NCBI GenBank assembly: GCA_963847625.1
Contig: CAWKAR010000025.1
Coordinates: forward strand, 83,651-147,650
Source: a candidate division FCPU426 bacterium
Lineage (GTDB): Bacteria > Oederibacteriota > Muellerivitia > Muellerivitales > Muellerivitaceae
Direction of reading: 5' to 3'
Length of the DNA: 64,000 nt
This document shows positions 61,737 to 64,000 of the stretch, piece by piece; positions within the stretch are counted from its first letter, which is position 1, and every line of letters starts with the position of its first letter. The translations under genes and the position numbers were made by a program. The notes under the pieces were generated by a model. It did not search any database, was not told the origin of the DNA, and worked only from the letters and a program-made list of their open reading frames with translations.

Positions 61737-62474
61737 TTATTCCTTAATTATTAATTTGGCTGGGTCGCGATTAGAAAGTTTCCGATCTTTCCCGACCGGT
61801 TTGGACTTGTTCATGGAAGCTTCTTCAGCAAATTTATCTTTGGTTCCAAAAATCTCACGTTTAAAAACCCAACACTTCACACCAATTGTTCCAAAAGTCG
61901 TATTTGCCACAGAAATTCCAAAGTCAATATCAGCTCGTAAGGTATGAAGAGGCACACGACCTTCCCGGTACCATTCTGTTCTGGCAATCTCCGCCCCTGC
62001 CAAGCGACCAGAACACATTATTTTTATACCTTTGGCACCTCCATCCAATGCACTTTGTATGCATTTTTTCATTGCTCTTCGAAATGCAACCCTTTTTTCA
62101 AGCTGCCCTGCCACGTTTTCTGCTATCAATTGGGCATTGGTTTCAGGATGTTTTTCCTCATTTATATTTATACGAACTTCCTTTTTGGTGAATCCCTGCA
62201 ACTCTTCTTTCAATTTATCAACTTCTGAGCCTTTCTTTCCAATAACAATACCGGGACGGGAAGCAAAAATATCCACTTCAACCATTTCACCCTTTCGCTT
62301 TAATAAAACTTTTGCGATTCCAGCGTGTTTCAGCCGCAATTTGACAAATTGGCGTATTTCGATGTCTTCAAGAAGGGTGGTTGTATAATTTTTCTTCTTA
62401 GCGATAAACCACAATGAGTCCCATTCTTTAATAATCCCAATCCTTAAACCAATCGGATTAATTTTCTGTCCCAA
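61737..62474 (-). CDS. rpsC: 30S ribosomal protein S3
   Basis: KH domain; 245 aa. Confidence 0.9.
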   Translation of the reverse strand: MGQKINPIGLRIGIIKEWDSLWFIAKKKNYTTTLLEDIEIRQFVKLRLKHAGIAKVLLKRKGEMVEVDIFASRPGIVIGKKGSEVDKLKEELQGFTKKEVRININEEKHPETNAQLIAENVAGQLEKRVAFRRAMKKCIQSALDGGAKGIKIMCSGRLAGAEIARTEWYREGRVPLHTLRADIDFGISVANTTFGTIGVKCWVFKREIFGTKDKFAEEASMNKSKPVGKDRKLSNRDPAKLIIKE

Positions 62475-62497
62475 AGGAAGCTCCTTAATTATTTATA

Positions 62498-62848
62498 TCA
62501 GTTATTGCTTTCATCTGAGACTATGACTTGGATATGGCTTGTCCTTTTATGAATCAAACTAGCCCTACCCATGGCTCGTGGTATAAACCGTCGAACATTT
62601 TGCATCATGGGGCCGCCATCGACTTGAATTGATTTAATAAAAAGTTTATCCACATCAATTCTCGTTTTTTGGCCTGCATTAGAAACGGCGGCTTTAATAA
62701 TCTTTGCAACTTCACCCGCCGCCTTTTTTTTGGTGAATGCTAAAATGTTCAATGCCTCAACAACTGTTTTTTTCCGGATTAAATTAACAACTTGTCGAGC
62801 TTTCCGAGGAGTTAACCTCGTGAATCTGGAAATCGCTTTTGCTTGCAT
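62498..62848 (-). CDS. rplV: 50S ribosomal protein L22
   Basis: 116 aa. Confidence 0.9.
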   Translation of the reverse strand: MQAKAISRFTRLTPRKARQVVNLIRKKTVVEALNILAFTKKKAAGEVAKIIKAAVSNAGQKTRIDVDKLFIKSIQVDGGPMMQNVRRFIPRAMGRASLIHKRTSHIQVIVSDESNN

Positions 62849-62873
62849 TAAAAAACCTCACTTAAAATCATTT

Positions 62874-63161
62874 TCACTTTAATGCTATAGCCTTTTCAGA
62901 TTTAACTACCCCATGAGCCTTAAAGGTACGGGTTGGAGAAAATTCACCCAATTTATGCCCTACCATGTTTTCTGTAATAAAAACAGGAATGAATTTTTTT
63001 CCATTATGAATTGCAAAGGTATGTCCAACCATTTCCGGATGAATTGAAGACCTTCGATAATATGTTTTTATTACCTTTTTGTCTCCAACCCTATTCATTT
63101 TTTGGACAAGTTTTAAAAGCTTTTCTGTTACATAAGGCCCTTTTTTTAATGATCTTCCCAT
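62874..63161 (-). CDS. rpsS: 30S ribosomal protein S19
   Basis: 95 aa. Confidence 0.9.
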   Translation of the reverse strand: MGRSLKKGPYVTEKLLKLVQKMNRVGDKKVIKTYYRRSSIHPEMVGHTFAIHNGKKFIPVFITENMVGHKLGEFSPTRTFKAHGVVKSEKAIALK

Positions 63162-63183
63162 TTTTCCAACCCCTTAATAAATA

Positions 63184-64000
63184 TTACTTTCTATGTTTAA
63201 GAATGAATTTTTCAGTATGTTTGTTTTTACGGGTTTTATAACCTTTTGTTGGTTTACCCCAAGGTGTAGTTGGATGACGTCCTCCAGAAGACTTCCCCTC
63301 TCCACCACCCATTGGATGGCCATCACCGGGACGCATCACCACACCACGTGATTGGGGCCTTTCGCCCATCCATCTCATTCTTCCTGCTTTTCCAATGCTT
63401 ACGTTAATATGCTCAAGATTCCCCACCTGCCCAATCGATGCATTACACTCAATATGAATCTTACGAATTTCTCCCGAGGGTAATTTTATAGTTGCATAAC
63501 TACCTTCCCGCGCCATTAATTGTGCGACAGCACCAGCAGATCGTACCAACTGACCGCCTTTGCCAGGCTTGATTTCAATATTATGAATCATGGTACCTAA
63601 TGGAATATCTTTCAACTTCATCGAATATCCCGGTTTAATATCTGCTCCAGATCCGGAAAATATCTGGTCCCCTTCTTTCAAACCTTCGGGAGCAATAATA
63701 TATTTTTTCACACCATCGGCGTACTGGACCAAAGCAATTCTGGAGGTTCGATTAGGGTCATATTCCAAAGCCAATACTTTCCCTTGCATCCCAGACTTAA
63801 CACGTTCAAAATCGACCAAACGATATCTACGTTTATGTCCTGCGCCCCGGTGCCTGCTGGTGATACGGCCATATATATTTCGGCCACCAGTTTTATTTAG
63901 TGAAACAGTAAGTGTTTTTTCAGGCCTTTTTTTGGTTAAATTTTCGCCAATTACTGCCGTCATTGCCCGACGGCCTGGAGAAGTTGGTTTATAAAGTCGG
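63184..64000 (-). CDS. rplB: 50S ribosomal protein L2 (5' end beyond the window)
   Basis: The frame continues upstream of the called Met as ...[14 protein letters not shown], matching the conserved L2 N-terminal KPTSPGRR. Confidence 0.9.
   Translation of the reverse strand, partial: RLYKPTSPGRRAMTAVIGENLTKKRPEKTLTVSLNKTGGRNIYGRITSRHRGAGHKRRYRLVDFERVKSGMQGKVLALEYDPNRTSRIALVQYADGVKKYIIAPEGLKEGDQIFSGSGADIKPGYSMKLKDIPLGTMIHNIEIKPGKGGQLVRSAGAVAQLMAREGSYATIKLPSGEIRKIHIECNASIGQVGNLEHINVSIGKAGRMRWMGERPQSRGVVMRPGDGHPMGGGEGKSSGGRHPTTPWGKPTKGYKTRKNKHTEKFILKHRK

Overview
This is a 64-kb bacterial chromosomal fragment, probably from an uncultivated lineage with a Gram-negative-type envelope. Its GC content is strongly mosaic: the ribosomal protein cluster is about 37% GC, most housekeeping genes are about 45-52%, and an 11.6-kb block is about 62%.

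The left end (1-6.5 kb) carries lepB, a DUF5131 (phage Gp37/Gp68 family) gene and a TcmP-like partner gene (TcmP = 'three-Cys-motif partner protein'). An IS30-family element is inserted exactly at the TcmP start. It is followed by an IS3-family element with a 3-bp GTT target-site duplication, and a large serine recombinase remnant.

From 6.6 to 18.2 kb lies a high-GC operon: an alpha-2-macroglobulin (A2M) with an unusual N-terminal polytopic membrane domain of about 500 aa, an AT-rich L,D-transpeptidase insert, PBP1C, and a secreted 470-aa protein. The operon is bracketed by a 60-bp direct repeat that duplicates part of the ubiX coding end. It is followed by SpoIID and ubiX-ubiE-ubiD.

Three secreted proteins (22.8-28.1 kb and 34.4-35.2 kb) share Pro/Thr-repeat linkers and a common C-terminal domain of about 90 aa. 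One is a metzincin protease with lectin-like domains.

An IS481-like element, truA, a DUF2723-TPR glycosyltransferase-like membrane protein and asd follow. Next is an ilvBNC-psd-pssA-leuA-leuB operon preceded by a clear sigma70 promoter, a Leu/Val-rich leader peptide and a terminator hairpin, forming a classic attenuator.

The region from 45 to 50 kb is AT-rich and degraded. It holds a tandem-repeat protein gene and an FG-GAP-like gene remnant split by a 141-bp MITE with a 4-bp TTGA target-site duplication. It also holds a second, inverted IS30 copy and an IS5-family element whose transposase frame has two in-frame TAA stops.

The right 13.5 kb is the S10/spc/alpha ribosomal protein cluster on the minus strand, running from rplB (partial at the window edge) to rplQ. 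It includes secY, adk, map, infA, rpmJ and rpoA.

Four genes (A2M, L,D-transpeptidase, ubiX, IS481 transposase) carry single-base frameshifts inside homopolymer runs; whether these are sequencing errors or real is assessed in the findings. No rRNA, tRNA or CRISPR array was recognised.
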